Shown piece after piece: positions 50,377-64,000 of a stretch of 64,000 nucleotides of DNA (position 1 is the first letter of the stretch; each line of letters opens with the position of its first letter). Source of the DNA: Trichoplax sp. H2. Its lineage: Eukaryota. A program made the translations under genes and the position numbers. The stretch lies in assembly GCA_003344405.1 (NCBI GenBank), contig NOWV01000202.1, positions 62,001-126,000 on the forward strand. Reading direction: 5' to 3'. The notes under the pieces are model-generated. The model did not search any database. It was not told the origin of the DNA and saw nothing but the letters and a program-made list of their open reading frames with translations.

Positions 50377-51753
50377 TCAACAGCTGGCAGCCAAGTGAGA
50401 AGATTTAAAAGTATTATAATCGTCTTCCACAGTATCAGCATAGGAATTAGCAATAGATCGAACCAAACTTCGAAATTCGGAATGGCGACCATCTGTCATG
50501 ATATCAATTTCCTTATCCACCGATGCACTAATGAGTGAGGAATCGTAATCTTTGTCGGAACGTGCATGATCTGTTGCCAAGATAGCTCCCCACTGAGAAG
50601 CCAAATTAGTAAATCGATCAAGAGTATTTAATTCGGTTGTATCGAAACCTTCCTTGTATGGTGAGCGTTCTCGAACCGAATAGTAGCCACCATTAAAATT
50701 CATCCAGCCCAAGTAATCATCCACAGAGGTTAGTAAAGCTTTATAAGCGATTGCATGGCGCTCGGCATCATTATTAAATGCCGAGTCAAAATATTGCTGC
50801 TGATAGTAGCCCCAATAGTAGTAGGCCGTAGGTTTGCCTTGTAGTTTAACATCGAGAATAATATCATCGTTCTGCGATGATGAAGGTCCTTCAATGAGAA
50901 TATAGTATCGTGGAGTGCCTAAAGAGCCGGTACCTGCTAATATACGTTTAGCAATATCTTTGACATAGAAATAGGAGGACGAGTAAGAGATTTTGCCCGA
51001 CAAGGTAGTGCCATAGCCAGACATTGCTTGAGTAATAGCGGATCTATCGGATGACGAGGCCGCTTCTAATTTTTGATAGGCTAAATCAAATTGGCGCCGA
51101 TTGCTAACCAAGTTGGTCCATTTGTCTAACATTTTTACTCGGCTTTCTTTATTTTCTACATCGGCTAAAAAGTTATCTAAGCGGCCATAAGTATTGGATC
51201 GGGTATAAATTTTATCAACTTCTTGGTTATTGCCACGGTAGTTCTTCATGGTGTCTAAATAGTTCTCACTAAATGCATCGAGGATTGTATTCACTTTCGA
51301 TTGGGAGAATCCACTATTTTGACGAGCTACCAACACAAGACTGACTGCCATGCGCCAAATATCATATTGGTAATCCTCAATAACAGATTCATCAAAATCA
51401 TTGAGATCATAAATAACTTGGTCTTGATCATTAGTGAAAGCACCATAATTTTCAGCATGAAGATCTCCTTGTAGCCATACTTTAGTATTATCGTTGCTAA
51501 ATTGGCTTAAGCGGCTATCACCCGTAAAATCCTTCCAAAATAAATGATTGCTACCACGGTAAAAGACGAAAGCAGATCCTGCCATTTTGCAGTATTTTAT
51601 CTGCTTGTCGCTGCTCGATATTCCTGTATTCCAAGATTCTATTTCGCTAATAGCACTAGCTCTTCGCGATTGGATATGCCTTGAGACAGTTTGATGTGTA
51701 AAAAATATGGCGATGATAAGCGATACGGTAAGGAGAAAGTTTGCAATCCTCAT
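50377..51753 (-). CDS. DUF2252-family (kinase-like) protein with N-terminal signal peptide, intronless, ~458 aa
   Basis: First ATG at 51753 (MRIANFLLTVSLIIAIFFTHQTVS, signal-peptide-like). DUF2252 motifs in the expected order: KMAGSAFVFYRGS, WLQGDLHAENYG, YDLNDFDES, YDIWRMAVSL, DIAKRILAGTGSLGTPRYYILIEG, DIILDVK, YSVRERSP, LATDHARSD. AATAAA on the minus strand at 50233-50228 and 50185-50180. Confidence 0.88.
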   Translation of the reverse strand: MRIANFLLTVSLIIAIFFTHQTVSRHIQSRRASAISEIESWNTGISSSDKQIKYCKMAGSAFVFYRGSNHLFWKDFTGDSRLSQFSNDNTKVWLQGDLHAENYGAFTNDQDQVIYDLNDFDESVIEDYQYDIWRMAVSLVLVARQNSGFSQSKVNTILDAFSENYLDTMKNYRGNNQEVDKIYTRSNTYGRLDNFLADVENKESRVKMLDKWTNLVSNRRQFDLAYQKLEAASSSDRSAITQAMSGYGTTLSGKISYSSSYFYVKDIAKRILAGTGSLGTPRYYILIEGPSSSQNDDIILDVKLQGKPTAYYYWGYYQQQYFDSAFNNDAERHAIAYKALLTSVDDYLGWMNFNGGYYSVRERSPYKEGFDTTELNTLDRFTNLASQWGAILATDHARSDKDYDSSLISASVDKEIDIMTDGRHSEFRSLVRSIANSYADTVEDDYNTFKSSHLAASC

Positions 51754-54700
51754 TTTTACTTTAATTTTCAGGATCGGGTAGCTACAAATCAATCGCTATG
51801 AAAGATACTTGACCAATTTTTGCTGTACAGTTTCTTTACAAAGAGTTAATCTCCTTAAATAGTCTTGGTAGATCAGCACATCGGAGTAGTTAATGTCAAT
51901 ATTGATCGCCTGATTCTGTTCCATGTAAAGAAGAATGCGATGGATTAAACCACTCTTCTAATCTCTCAATGCTGTAAAATCAATATAAAGCGTTCATTAG
52001 GCCAGATTAATCCTTAGTTAAAATAAACAGAGATACTGTCCATATTGATAATCCAAACAGAACAAAGTAAACTCGGGTTACTAATATAATATTTTACAAT
52101 TGGCAAATATAAAGCAATTTTAATGTACTTTTATTATTTCATGAACGGCTTCTTCACTATACTGTGAGCCTGTACTGTAATTTAGTGATGACTCCAGCCT
52201 TTAATTTAGGCAAATTTATAAAAGCTTTTAGAAATTTTGAATCATTTTGTGTAGTATTAATTACGGCTATAATCAGTAGCCTATCGAGATAGATTTTATT
52301 GGAGGCTCAGTGCAAATTTTGCTCTTATTTAGCGTTATTATTGCAAAAATCGCTTAATATATCCTTTATTATCAACTGATTCATGAAGTAAAGTAACGTT
52401 AGTACTAGGAGGTTCCATCTAAATCTGCATCTATAAATCAGTGCAGGCTGCCTTATTATTTCTATTGACATAAATGTTTTATTAGCTAAATTGATCGATC
52501 AACTTCATAAATAGTTTAGGTTTATTGCATGACGAAAGGTAATTAAGATCGTTTACAAATATTGGTTCCAACCATATCTTTCTATACCACCACGGATACT
52601 ATCTACTATCGTAATAGCTTTTAGCGCAAATTATTCATAAAAGTATTTTCTCTATTTGCTAAAGATTAAGCTTGATAGGCCAAAAGCAGAAGATAAAGTT
52701 AAATAATTGTATATAAATATATATTATGTGTAAAGGTTAAATTCAGGTCTATTTGACCTCATAAGGGTCATCAATGGTGACAAAGTTAACCATAAGTATT
52801 AAAGCTTGATTATATTTATTTGCGAAGGATAACTATATAAAAGCTAAATAATGGAAAAAGTATTTAATTAAATGCTAACATTTATTAAATAATGGATTAA
52901 ATGACCATGACCTTGTCACAAACCAGCTTCGTGACAAGTATAACGTAAAACAAATCTCTAAATTACTATAGTCTCCGGGATTCAGTATCCCTACTTACAA
53001 GAATTTAGACGCCTTTGATTCTACGTTAAAACAACTATACAATTGAGAACTGCTTTATTCAACTATCTGACGGGTTTATATACCCTTCTACAGCAGCTAA
53101 CATTCACAAGTCATCTTATAAAAATACTTGGGTGAGAATATCTACTAACTAGTTTTTCACAGTCGGACTACAATATGTCCATTCACAGAATCATTTCAGC
53201 ACACATTACAGCACAGCAATAAATTTACTGTAACACATTTATAATTAGAGTAATTCCTATTGTAATTAACTAGTTGTAATATAATATCACTATACTGTAT
53301 TAACCAAATTTAGATATCTATTTCTTCACGGTAGTTCGTACCGTGACAGACCTGTAAAGGGATTTCTTCTCAGAAAGATTTAGGTGTCATTGAATTAGAA
53401 TCAAATTATCATAATTTCTTTTAAGTTCATACGCTGTAATAACCTGCATATTATAACAGATACTGAATCTTTATCAATAATTAACTTAAAGGCTATGAAA
53501 TGATTATTTATACTAACTTTATCAGACATTGATTTCTTCCCCAAAACTGGTAACTGGAAAATTTGCTTCTGAAATTTACGGTTCTTGTACATCCTTAAGC
53601 AACTATCATAAATACAAACGAATTAACCTAGGTTTAAGATCCGTTTTAACTTATTAAAAATTTACATATTGAGTTCTTATTGCAAATTTCCTTGCTACTA
53701 TTGAGAAAATATGGTCATTTAGTCGCAGTCAGGGACTTCGCATTTATCTACGAATTAAAAAAATTTTAATCGTGACGTAACATGAATTATTTTATGAAAA
53801 CTAGGTACAATTTTCTCTCGTGTAACAATACTTCAGATACTTTCTAGCTGATAATTCATAACAACTGCTTCTATTGATTATAATTTTTGTTTCTTTAATT
53901 ATTTTTTGATCTTAATCTTTGCATATGTATTAGGAACTATGAAAATAATTTACTATACTACCTTAATAGTTTCATGCTATCAATGCAGTAAGAAAATGTT
54001 TTAAAATTGAAGGATACAAACCATCTCAAGGTGACTGCTATAAATGGCTTACTTGATAAACCTTAAGTTTACTTTTCATGCCAATTCTATCAATGATACT
54101 GTACAGAAAGGGCCGAATAAGAATTATTAAGCAATTTGCAATTTTTAGAACGATATATTAATATTTAACTAAAATAATTCTAGTTTCAATGACAGTAAAT
54201 TTATAGTACAATTTTCATCTGTAATAAAATCTTCCAATACGTAATATTGAATTGTTGTACTGTACATCATCGAAAGATGTCAGTTAATTAGTGAGATGAG
54301 AGTATAATATGACGCTATTGATGTAATTCGATAACACCTTAGCTATATGGGCGATATCTGTCAAGAAAATTGTTGTCACAACCCTCACGTGTGGCAAAGG
54401 AAAGTAAAGAACTCTAGTGTAGTTACTTAAAACTTGGGCTATTTCTCCCAGTACTTTCAGTTTCTATGAGAGAAGTATTTAAGAACTCGATTTCTCGGCT
54501 GATCTCCACAGACAACTGACTAATTATTTCACTATTCTTCACGATATGAGTCTAGCCGTTTCTTGAGCAATTACTAACTTTATTCTACAAACTCATGCGC
54601 TTAAATAGGTTTCTACAGTGAATTCCAATATTAACGAGTGAGAATTCATACTTTACAAGTTACATTAATTAGTATAATACCATTACTAAATATGCTTGTC

Positions 54701-57700
54701 GATATTCTCAGACTTAGATAGCTACAAGCTATCAGGTGTTAAGACGCTTAACCTTCGTCCATATACGGCTCAATTTTTAGAGATTAACACACCTTATAAA
54801 CCTACAGTAAATTAACTGTTAACAACTTCTATTTCTATCTCACTTCTACCATCCTATTATCAGCTACAAGCGCATTAAATATAGCAGATAACCTTATCTT
54901 ATCTATTCATAAGCATTCATTAATCAACAGTTATTTAATTAGTAACGGCGTACCGTGACACATGTAAGAAGTAATCTTATGACATTGGATATAATACTAA
55001 CGAACACTATCAAGCTGTGCAACAGCTACTGTTAGGAGAATAAATAAGCAAGCAATTTCCTTGCCTACGATATTGTAACTCTTTTAAGGCAAATGTCTCC
55101 TATCATTTAGTTTGATAGCTACTTGTATCCATCTCAGGCGATAATTAACGCAAGGTAAGAAAATATTGCTTAGATGCCTAAATTGCAGCCTATCACATCA
55201 AGTATCCTAGTTGGTATTAAAATATTGAAGGGATTGGATTAGTATCTGCTGCAATTTACGCGTTTAATCTAACTATAGTTCCAGCAAGTGGCCTGAGTTC
55301 TAACGAAAATTATATTCTTGAGTATACAGTGTAATACCAATTAGAGAGAGAAGAACAAATATAACATTAATCATTGATATAAGTAGACGAGATCTTAGCG
55401 ATATGGACGATTACTATCAAGAAAAATGTTATCGCATAAGAGAGTACTATAATCTTATGATATTATCCGATACTTATCAATACTCTTCGAAGGATGAATA
55501 AGCTATTTCCTTGCCCACATTATTCTAATTCATTAACAGTAAATGCCTCCAATCCAATCGCTTGATAACTACTCCTATCCATTTCAGCAGATACCACCAT
55601 CAACATAAGATGAGAAAATGTGCCCTAAGTATTCAAATTAGAGCGAACTACATCCATATCTGTCATCCAAATATATGCATTCTTGCCAAAAAAAATCCAC
55701 CATAGACATTTCCAGATATTTGCGTGGTCTTCTTATATCTTGAGCTATTTAATAAGATCAGTTTTCCATGGTAACTCGAAATCTTTTTCCTAACCTTCAC
55801 GACTGAAACAATCTAGGCGGTCTCCATACGCGTAAAGGGTAAACTATAATTATTGAATTCTTTAATAGATAAACATGCAGTAAGCTACCTGTGGCGATTT
55901 TAATTGATGCATCGTTTAAATTATTTTGATTGACTTAGCTTAATGAACGATTGTTAGCCAATCAGAGAAGATTTTATATCGTGAATAAACTCAGAAATAT
56001 TAATATTTATAGTAATCTGTTTAACATTTATAGAATCCATTGCGCTGTAATCGTTGAATCAATATCAATTACTCTACGCAAACTTTCACAACACTCCAAG
56101 AAAATGGTTCTTGACTGCCTAAAGATCTCTGATTTAATGCAGCAAGTAATGCAACTAGCGTTTATAAGACCTACTTTAAGTTTATTTAATTCGTTCACGC
56201 GATAATGATTCATTAATATTGTTTATGCCGGAAAATTGGGAATTCATGTCAAGGCGTATAGAACGAATTGCAAGAAACGGTGTATGCACGCACGTAGTCC
56301 CGCTTAAGTGTAACTAAGTATTTCAGTGATTTACATAAAAATTTATAACAGATCTGAAAAGAAAATTCTAATTAAAAATTAAAAACCACGAATTAAATAA
56401 AATCGCTTAACACTGGTTTTAATTTGAATTAATAAGATAAGGGAATCAGTACCGCAATATTGTTCAGCCTTACACACCATGTTTTTCTGTAGTTTATAGG
56501 AAATGTTTATCAGTGATCATAAGCTGCTGTGCATGATCATTGGTACTGTAGAAGTCGACAAAATACTACTTATATTTTGCTTCAGAAAATTCAACTGTCA
56601 ATTCTTAAAAAAAATGGGCTCGTAATAATACTGATTATAAATAAAGCTTGTTCGATATTTAGATTATAAATATTTATTTTCTAACCTCGCTACAAGTTCC
56701 AAGTTTATCTTAAATTGCTTCAGAATGGTTTTAATAAACTATAGGGAAACATGCTTCTAAAAATTAAAGAAATTTTATCCAGTTACTGTAAATATTATCG
56801 ATTTAGAACCGTAATATTAAAAATATTTCATATAGGATCATTTTCAATTGTAAGTGCTATATTAATTGAATCGTAATTAATTATCGCTCTTACACGCCTT
56901 TATGTGCAGAGCTGATGATGTCGATGCCCATCTCAAAATTTCCACCTTACTATCAAAAGTTTTAATTGTCCATAATACAGCAGCCGCAGGTCAAACTCGA
57001 ATATAAGCTAAGCTATTGATAGTTTATTGATAAAATTAATAGAAAATATAACTGAAGAGTTAGGTTAGAGTCAGCATTATTATAAAAATATGAATTAAAG
57101 AAATGATTTAAATTACAATGCTTCCATAAATTGACATGCCTAAATACCAACTGTGTAGCAGCTTAGCTTGATTAATCTTCTGCATCAGATTATCTTGACA
57201 GATTACCAGGACTGAATCCTGTACCCCATTTCTCACTCAATCTTATTTGCTTCAGGCGATTAGAAAATACTGGACCATTTCAAAACTGCTTGTCCCTCTC
57301 TTAATAATTACATGGTATTTAGATCATCTTAGGTTGTGATAAAGGTTTAAGAGCAGCAATCTAAATCCTGTTGTTTGTTCTTACATCTGTAGCGAAAATA
57401 ATTCCCCACATTTAGAAAGATATTGGTTACCGTATGGCCATATTCAACTTGGGCCTATATTTCGAGTAGTATATGAACGTTATCATAGATTATAAACTAA
57501 CATTTAAACGCAAGTATAATATTAATTTATTAATTGATTAAGTGTTAGTCTTATTCCAAAAATATAAGTATAATTACCAAAACAACCATCTTTGATTAAG
57601 GTTCAGGAACTGTACATATAGTTTATAGGTATTTATGGACATTTCTGTGTATAAAATAATTGAATTGAGTCAAAATATTATATGCAAATATTAATTTATT

Positions 57701-58479
57701 AGAAATCAGTTTTGTTTAGCTGGATATCTTAACTCAAGGTGGTCTTAATCCAATTTTTAGTTTAATTCCTTATCATCATCGGTTAAGAAAGATGCAATGT
57801 AGGACCATATTTAAGATCATTGTGATACTCCGATAACCTAAAATTCTCTCTTTAGATGCATACTATGGATAAATTTGAAATTTCTTTGTGAAAGGAATCC
57901 TATCTAAATCCCAGTGATTGTTTGTATTTAAACTAAAGTACATAGCCAATGTAAAATAATAATTGAAAGAAAAGTAATGTCATCCATTATTAATTAATGT
58001 TTACTATGAATTTCTTTAATAGTGTAACAGATAAAAACAAGATGCTGGATAAGAGCTCTTTTACAGGATTTGACTTTCTCTTGGAAAGTGGATTGCCGAT
58101 AAATCGATTTAAAATTTATGTAAAGTGTCTTTAATTAAGATATTAAAACAAAACCTAGTATGCCTCGTAAAATTTCCGTTCATTACATAAACTTGGTTCG
58201 TCTGCAATACCAAGGGTATCTACCATAAATATACATTCATAAGTATCTAACTTATTACAACGAAATCATAGTTTCTATTAAATTGGTGGCAGGACTATTT
58301 TTTAGTGACTTAATGATATCTTGGCAATTAAGTAGCAGGATCAAGATAAGTTTATAATCGCCAGATCTGTTATTAACCTTTGCTTCTATTTAAAGTGTGA
58401 CAGAGAATTCTTCATGATTCTAACTTACTATACGTAGCAAAATCGACTAGGGAAAATATCAGTTGTCAGAATACTTTAG

Positions 58480-59250
58480 CAGAATCTAATTCTATCTTTT
58501 CGTCCCGATAATTATGATGCCGTGACAAAACCGCAATTGAAGTTCTGCCTTTTAGTTAATATTATTTTCATCTTATGGTATTTATTGAAGATGCAAGGGA
58601 TAACGTTAGTATTAATTATCGAGATTTAGATATAGTTCTTTATTAGTGTAATTGTCTTAAAATAGTAACCTATGCTTGAATAACAATGCATTTAAATTAA
58701 CAGTATTGAAGGCCGTACAAGCTAAGCTGAATGAAAGTTAGCGAAGAGTTGTTGACTAAATTTGATCTTGCTATCTGTTAGTAACATTTCGATATTGATT
58801 TAATCGTTGTTCAGGTACTCTGCTCGTTGATAACTTCTATTTTATAACTAATTAATTGAATACTTTGTCAGATCTAAAAGTCTGCTCGTTATTATTTACT
58901 TCATCTTAACAATTAAAATATTGTGGTAGCATTATTGCAATAAAGTATCTCAAAATATTGCTGACAGAACTTCAACTTCTTTTTAACTACACTTTATTGC
59001 TTTACATAAATTGATTCGGCCACTAAATTTTCAATGCAAAATATCTATTAATATGTTTTAACATAATCTAGTTCTTTTTTCTTGTCATGATAGTTCTGAT
59101 GCTGTGACATAACCGCAACTGAAGTTCTGCCTTCAGTTAAAACATTACATTAGTTATATTGTGATAAAGTATCTGAAATTATTATGATAAGAAGTTCAAC
59201 CTTTTTCAACTATGCTTTTTTGCATTACATAATTTGATTTATCCACTAAA
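58480..59250. repeat. Local mosaic duplications
   Basis: 58483-58560 is similar to 59064-59140 (tgatgc.gtgaca.aaccgcaa.tgaagttctgcctt), and 58930-59030 is similar to 59160-59250 (ataaagtatct...ttcaac.t.ttt.aacta...ttacataa.ttgatt...cactaaatt). Confidence 0.65.
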
Positions 59251-59880
59251 TTACCAAATTCTATCTACTAAGTACAACTGCTGAACTTTATGGCATTTGG
59301 ACTGCAGTGCAACAGTATGATATAAATTAATATTTGCTTTTGATAGACTAGAGTATCATTCTAGTTATGATAGCATACAATATGACCGTAAGCTTTATTC
59401 ACTTTGAAATGAAAATATATTTACTGCTTATAAAATCATTTAACCGAATAATCCAAGTTATCTATAAGAAATTTAATCTTTCTATATGAGTTAATGAACT
59501 CAATCCGAATTAATTTTATACCATTAATGGTTACAGTAGTTTCTTCCAGAGAAAATGCTAGTACATTTCCTCGCTCATGATACTAAGCGCACTGATTTTA
59601 TGAATAGGATATTTCAGTCTAATTTATGCGATCTATGCTACAATAATTTAGTAGTCAACAATAGAAAATAAATTTTAATGAAATTATCACTTGCAGATAA
59701 ATTGATAACAAAAAACGATATTGATGATTTCTGTCTTGATTTTCTACATACTTGTAGTACAGCCCACATTAACATTTACGATCAGAATCATATGATTTTA
59801 CTACAATAGTTCATATTGAACGTTTGATAGTAGGATTGAACTAGTGTCTATTCTTAATTGTTATTTGCGGTATATGTAAT

Positions 59881-60510
59881 TGTGATAGTGTTATGTTCTG
59901 TATTAGAGTAGAAATATCTATGTTAGGATAATTCTGTTAGCCTATCCTTATTTAGTTAACTTCTAATTTGGATATACTGTATTTTAATATAGCACTGACT
60001 TTTTATGACAGTGACACTTATACACATACTGAAATTAATAGTTATAATAGGGAATGCAAATCATCTACTTACAGTTCAAATTATTGTGATTGTAATATAC
60101 TTATAGTAGATTGTAAATTATCATGGAAATGTTCCGTGATAGGACATATCGTAATCTGACTATTTTGTATTAGTCATTACATGTCTATATTCGTAAATAC
60201 TGTTGTCTGCATTAAGGGAGCAGTAGCTAAAATTAATACCTAATTCAGTAAATGATTCCAATGTTAATCGTATTAACTATAACTCATGAACCATTGTGGA
60301 ATAGTATATAAATGCAGTATATCGTGTAATAAAGTGGATTCTCAAACTTAGTGTTTAACGTAAAATACGAGGCGTTTAAGTCTTTGTGTAGTCTGCTAGT
60401 AGAGCAAAAGTGTTTATGATAGTGCAGATATCGTTCCTTGATACGTGGTTCAAGGAATTGGCTTATTGATCGTATATTACGTTATCTTGTTGCAAAGCTG
60501 TTTTGTGGCA
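59881..60510 (+). mobile_element. Solo LTR, copy 2 (630 bp, TG...CA, 5-bp TSD GTAAT)
   Basis: Begins TGTGATA and ends TGTGGCA, flanked by GTAAT at 59876-59880 and 60511-60515. Homology to copy 1 stops exactly at these boundaries. About 22 substitutions and 1 indel by manual comparison. Confidence 0.85.
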
Positions 60511-60751
60511 GTAATCTACAGTTTGCAGCGGGAAAATATCAGGACCTTTACGTATTAAAGTATAGTGAAAATGATATTTAGCGTTAAGACATTGCGATAA
60601 TGGACGTGTTACACAATGTTCTATGATCATGGAGATCTTGTGTTAGGGTATTGTGTAAACGTGGTTGTGACAAACTATAAATTAGAATTAGATCCACTAC
60701 CATAATCATAAACATGGTAAAATAATATTATTTTTCTCGCACCAGCAATAC

Positions 60752-61100
60752 ATAAAGTAAAAATATTTGAATTAAACTAAAATCCATCACGCTTCAGAGA
60801 AAGATGATGATTTATATGAATGATTGACGGCACGATTTAGTTATATTGTTAGCCTTAATAGAATTCTACAATTTCTTGAACATAAATTCAATCGATCCAC
60901 GTTATTATGGATTATAAGCACCGATAGTACCTAAAGTGAAAATATCTATTTTAAAAATAAAGTCCATCACGTTCTAGAGAAAGATGATAATTTACTATGA
61001 ATGATTGACGGCGTTATTTAGTAACATTGTTCGCCTCAATTGTATTCTAAGATTTCTTGAATAAAAATTCAATCGATCTACGTTATCACGGATTGTTAGT
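60752..61100. repeat. ~180-bp tandem duplication (2 copies)
   Basis: taaagt.aaaatat...tccatcacg.t..agagaaagatgat.att...tgaatgattgacggc...atttcttgaa...aaattcaatcgatc.acgttat at ~60752 and ~60932. Confidence 0.8.
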
Positions 61101-64000
61101 CAATAAAGAAATCTTGTATGTGTAAATAACGCTTGAACTAACAAAAAATAGAATAGGAGAATAAAAGCTTTAATTAAAGCTTTAAGAATGTCTAAACAAT
61201 GGTTAATCAAGATAATCAATAGTCTATCTAAGCGAATACCTTAGCTTAATAACTGCTGCAACAAAAGGTCATCTGTTATTTCTATTTATTTTATAGAATA
61301 TGATTATCTCTATCTCAATTAAGATAAGGTAAATTAGAATAATTTATAATGGTAATGAGTGTGCGATAGCGAATTAGCGTCTTGCTTGATCATATCGTGA
61401 ACTGCTGTTATTAGTCATATAGAAAATAAATCGCTATCCTGAAGTTTTTTTATCTACTTTTCTAGCCATAGACCCAATCGGATGACGTCAAGTCGATGAA
61501 ATAAACAACAAATCAGTCCAAGTATGCATAAAAAATTCCTTCCTATTCATTATTATAATAAATCCATTCCTTCATATCCTTTAAATATAAACTTAAGAAT
61601 TAGCATCGATTAATATATTAGAGGGCAGGACAGCGATGTCGCCATTCTTTTCATTAATCTTTTTTTAGTAATACAGTAATTTTATTCTGCCATTATCGTG
61701 TTCCTTCTAGGGCTTTTCATTCCTTTTTTTATTTCATTCGCTACTTAGTGTTGTTGCATTGTTTCACCCCATGTTGTCTAGAAATCAACATCCACTGACT
61801 GTTATTGTGAAGAAAAGCAATTTATATTAGAATGTGGATATAAATTAATACAGTGTTAGAGTACTTGACCTATAGAAAAGTGTCAAACTGACCTAATCGG
61901 TACATTGACTAGCATTCAGTATTTTCATTTTTTGATCTTATAGATAGAAACGACATCAATCGATTATATTATTTTATTCATTCTTCTGGCCTATTTGATC
62001 GTCACTAATAATACATCACCGAAAAATTCACGATCAAATTAAAGCCGTGAAATACTAATTTCTTATTTGGTGATCGAATCGCTTTATTTTACAAGCAATC
62101 TCATTAAAACTTATGTCGGCTATTTCAAGATTTTAACTTATCCAGTAGTCCAATTACCAAACTTTAATATCTTAACATTTTCAAATTATTGGATAGAAAA
62201 GCTAATCGAAATTCATTGGAGCGTTAGCTCTTGTGATCATACTTTATTTTTAGGTGAACCGAAAGATAAAAAGGAACAGGACGTCCTTTCATTCATATAT
62301 CAATACAACGATTAGATACTGCTGTGATAATTCTCGTTTAAAAGAATCAACTTTTATTGGATTACCAAAATATCAGTCTCGGATTAATCTAAAGTTAATT
62401 GCCGATTTACTTTCATTCATGAACAACCGACTTGCCCAGCAATGACGAGTTGAAACTATAAATGCGGACTTAGCCTCTGACTACGATTAAATTAACATCC
62501 ATCAACGGAATCGGTAACTTTGTGACAATACGAGAAAGAAAATTACCCTGGTAGAAAGGTAAAATCGAATCAATCTATATTTTGGATATGTATTTTATGT
62601 AGTTGAATCTACCATATAACTTGCGATAATCTCCCTTTGAAAAATAAAATAGATCATAAAGTCAACTGTCTACTAGTTTCAAGCAATTGCTTCTGACACG
62701 AAAACCTTACTTAACAATCATCGTTGATTATTACACAACTGCTGCCTATATCTAGTTTTGTCTCGGTGTAATATCTGATCTCCTATTACTAATACAGTAA
62801 TATGTAATTTAATTCCTTACATTATTCTTAATTTATATTTTTTATCAGTTTAACTCTGTACAATAGCGAAATTGTCTTGATAGCATTGAATTTTTTACCA
62901 TAAATCCATTACAGGACTCCGGAATTCTTGATCAAGTCCTACGTATCTAAGTAAATAATAGTTGTTTGTCTAGTTATTTCCTCACAAAGTTGAATGCACT
63001 GTGCTATTTGTTGCCAGTTTATCATAATGTGCATACTAATTCCTGTACATTATTGTAGTTACTAGCCCAATATCTCACATTTTAGTCCACCATGTTGGAC
63101 ATAGATTATACTTAATCAGTCTTTACTGCCGGATATGTCTCTGCGATAGAAATATGAAGATACCTTAATCTACGAAATTTATCAATGTCTAAATACCCTT
63201 ATTAGTTTATATTGAACTAAAGCAGATACTTTTTGTATCAATAGATGAATATTATTAGTTTATTTGCCTCATTATTATTTTATTAAGAGTAAACTGGGAT
63301 ATACTATTCTAACGTAGTTTGTGAGATATTTTTCTCGAAAATTTTGCATTCTAATTTTAATTACGTATAGATAGAAATCGCACAAACGTCCTGTAATGAT
63401 CATTGTAAAGCCAAGTACAAAACTAAAAGTTATTTTAGAAGCAGGAAAGTTACGATAAGTGCTATACAGCTTTCTGTACCTTATTTTTTGAAAAGTGTTT
63501 CTGTAGAGAAAAAAATAGCCTGAGAAGTTTATAATTCATCATATTCTAGCGTAGATGTCGGCTTAGGATATCTAACATTTCGATGTTTACTTCAAATACA
63601 GTCTGTTTATTTATTCTTATTTTACCTTTTATAAAGAAGCGATTGGCTAATTAAAACATACAATATAAAGATAACTTTTGCAATTCATATAATATATCTA
63701 TACGATGTTATCATAGTGATACTGCGCGGTTGCTGGCCATACTAGTATTAATTGATTCCAATTTTCGTTAAAATAACATAATTTTACTTTCTTATTTCCC
63801 TCCTTCTGATATCAACTATGCAATATTACTTGATCCAATATAACTATCATTTATGTAAACGTATATACAGTTATCACACCATCTAGTTACAGTTTTAAGT
63901 TTACAAAGGATATTTTCTTACTTATTAACTTACATCAGCTGTATAAGCCTTGGGAATAAATATCGTATGTAGATAATAGGTATCATCTGCTGTAGTAATG

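Noticed and set aside
39809..60510. A single 20-kb LTR element carrying the GPCR and DUF2252 genes
   Set aside because: Each LTR has its own distinct TSD, and no gag/pol ORF lies between them.

Overview
AT-rich eukaryotic (animal) genomic window with three small assembly gaps. Short GT-AG introns, intronless class A GPCRs and TACAG/CTGTA-rich promoter DNA suggest a placozoan such as Trichoplax; this is inference. I reconstructed two spliced minus-strand genes by hand that the ORF track misses or only partly shows. One is MGME1 (4 exons, 456 aa). The other is S-adenosylmethionine decarboxylase AMD1 (12 exons, 335 aa), which has an AT-AC U12-type intron and a candidate MAGDIS-like uORF (MPVDS*). 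Head-to-head with AMD1, across a pentanucleotide array, is an intronless gene with five 23-aa STPR-like repeats carrying an apparent charge swap. Further on are two paralogous, atypical rhodopsin-family GPCRs and two ~630-bp solo LTRs of one family with perfect 5-bp target-site duplications. There is also an intronless DUF2252 (kinase-like, mainly bacterial) gene with a signal peptide, a horizontal-transfer candidate. The rest is intergenic DNA with degenerate tandem repeats, small inverted-repeat elements and possible decayed coding remnants.
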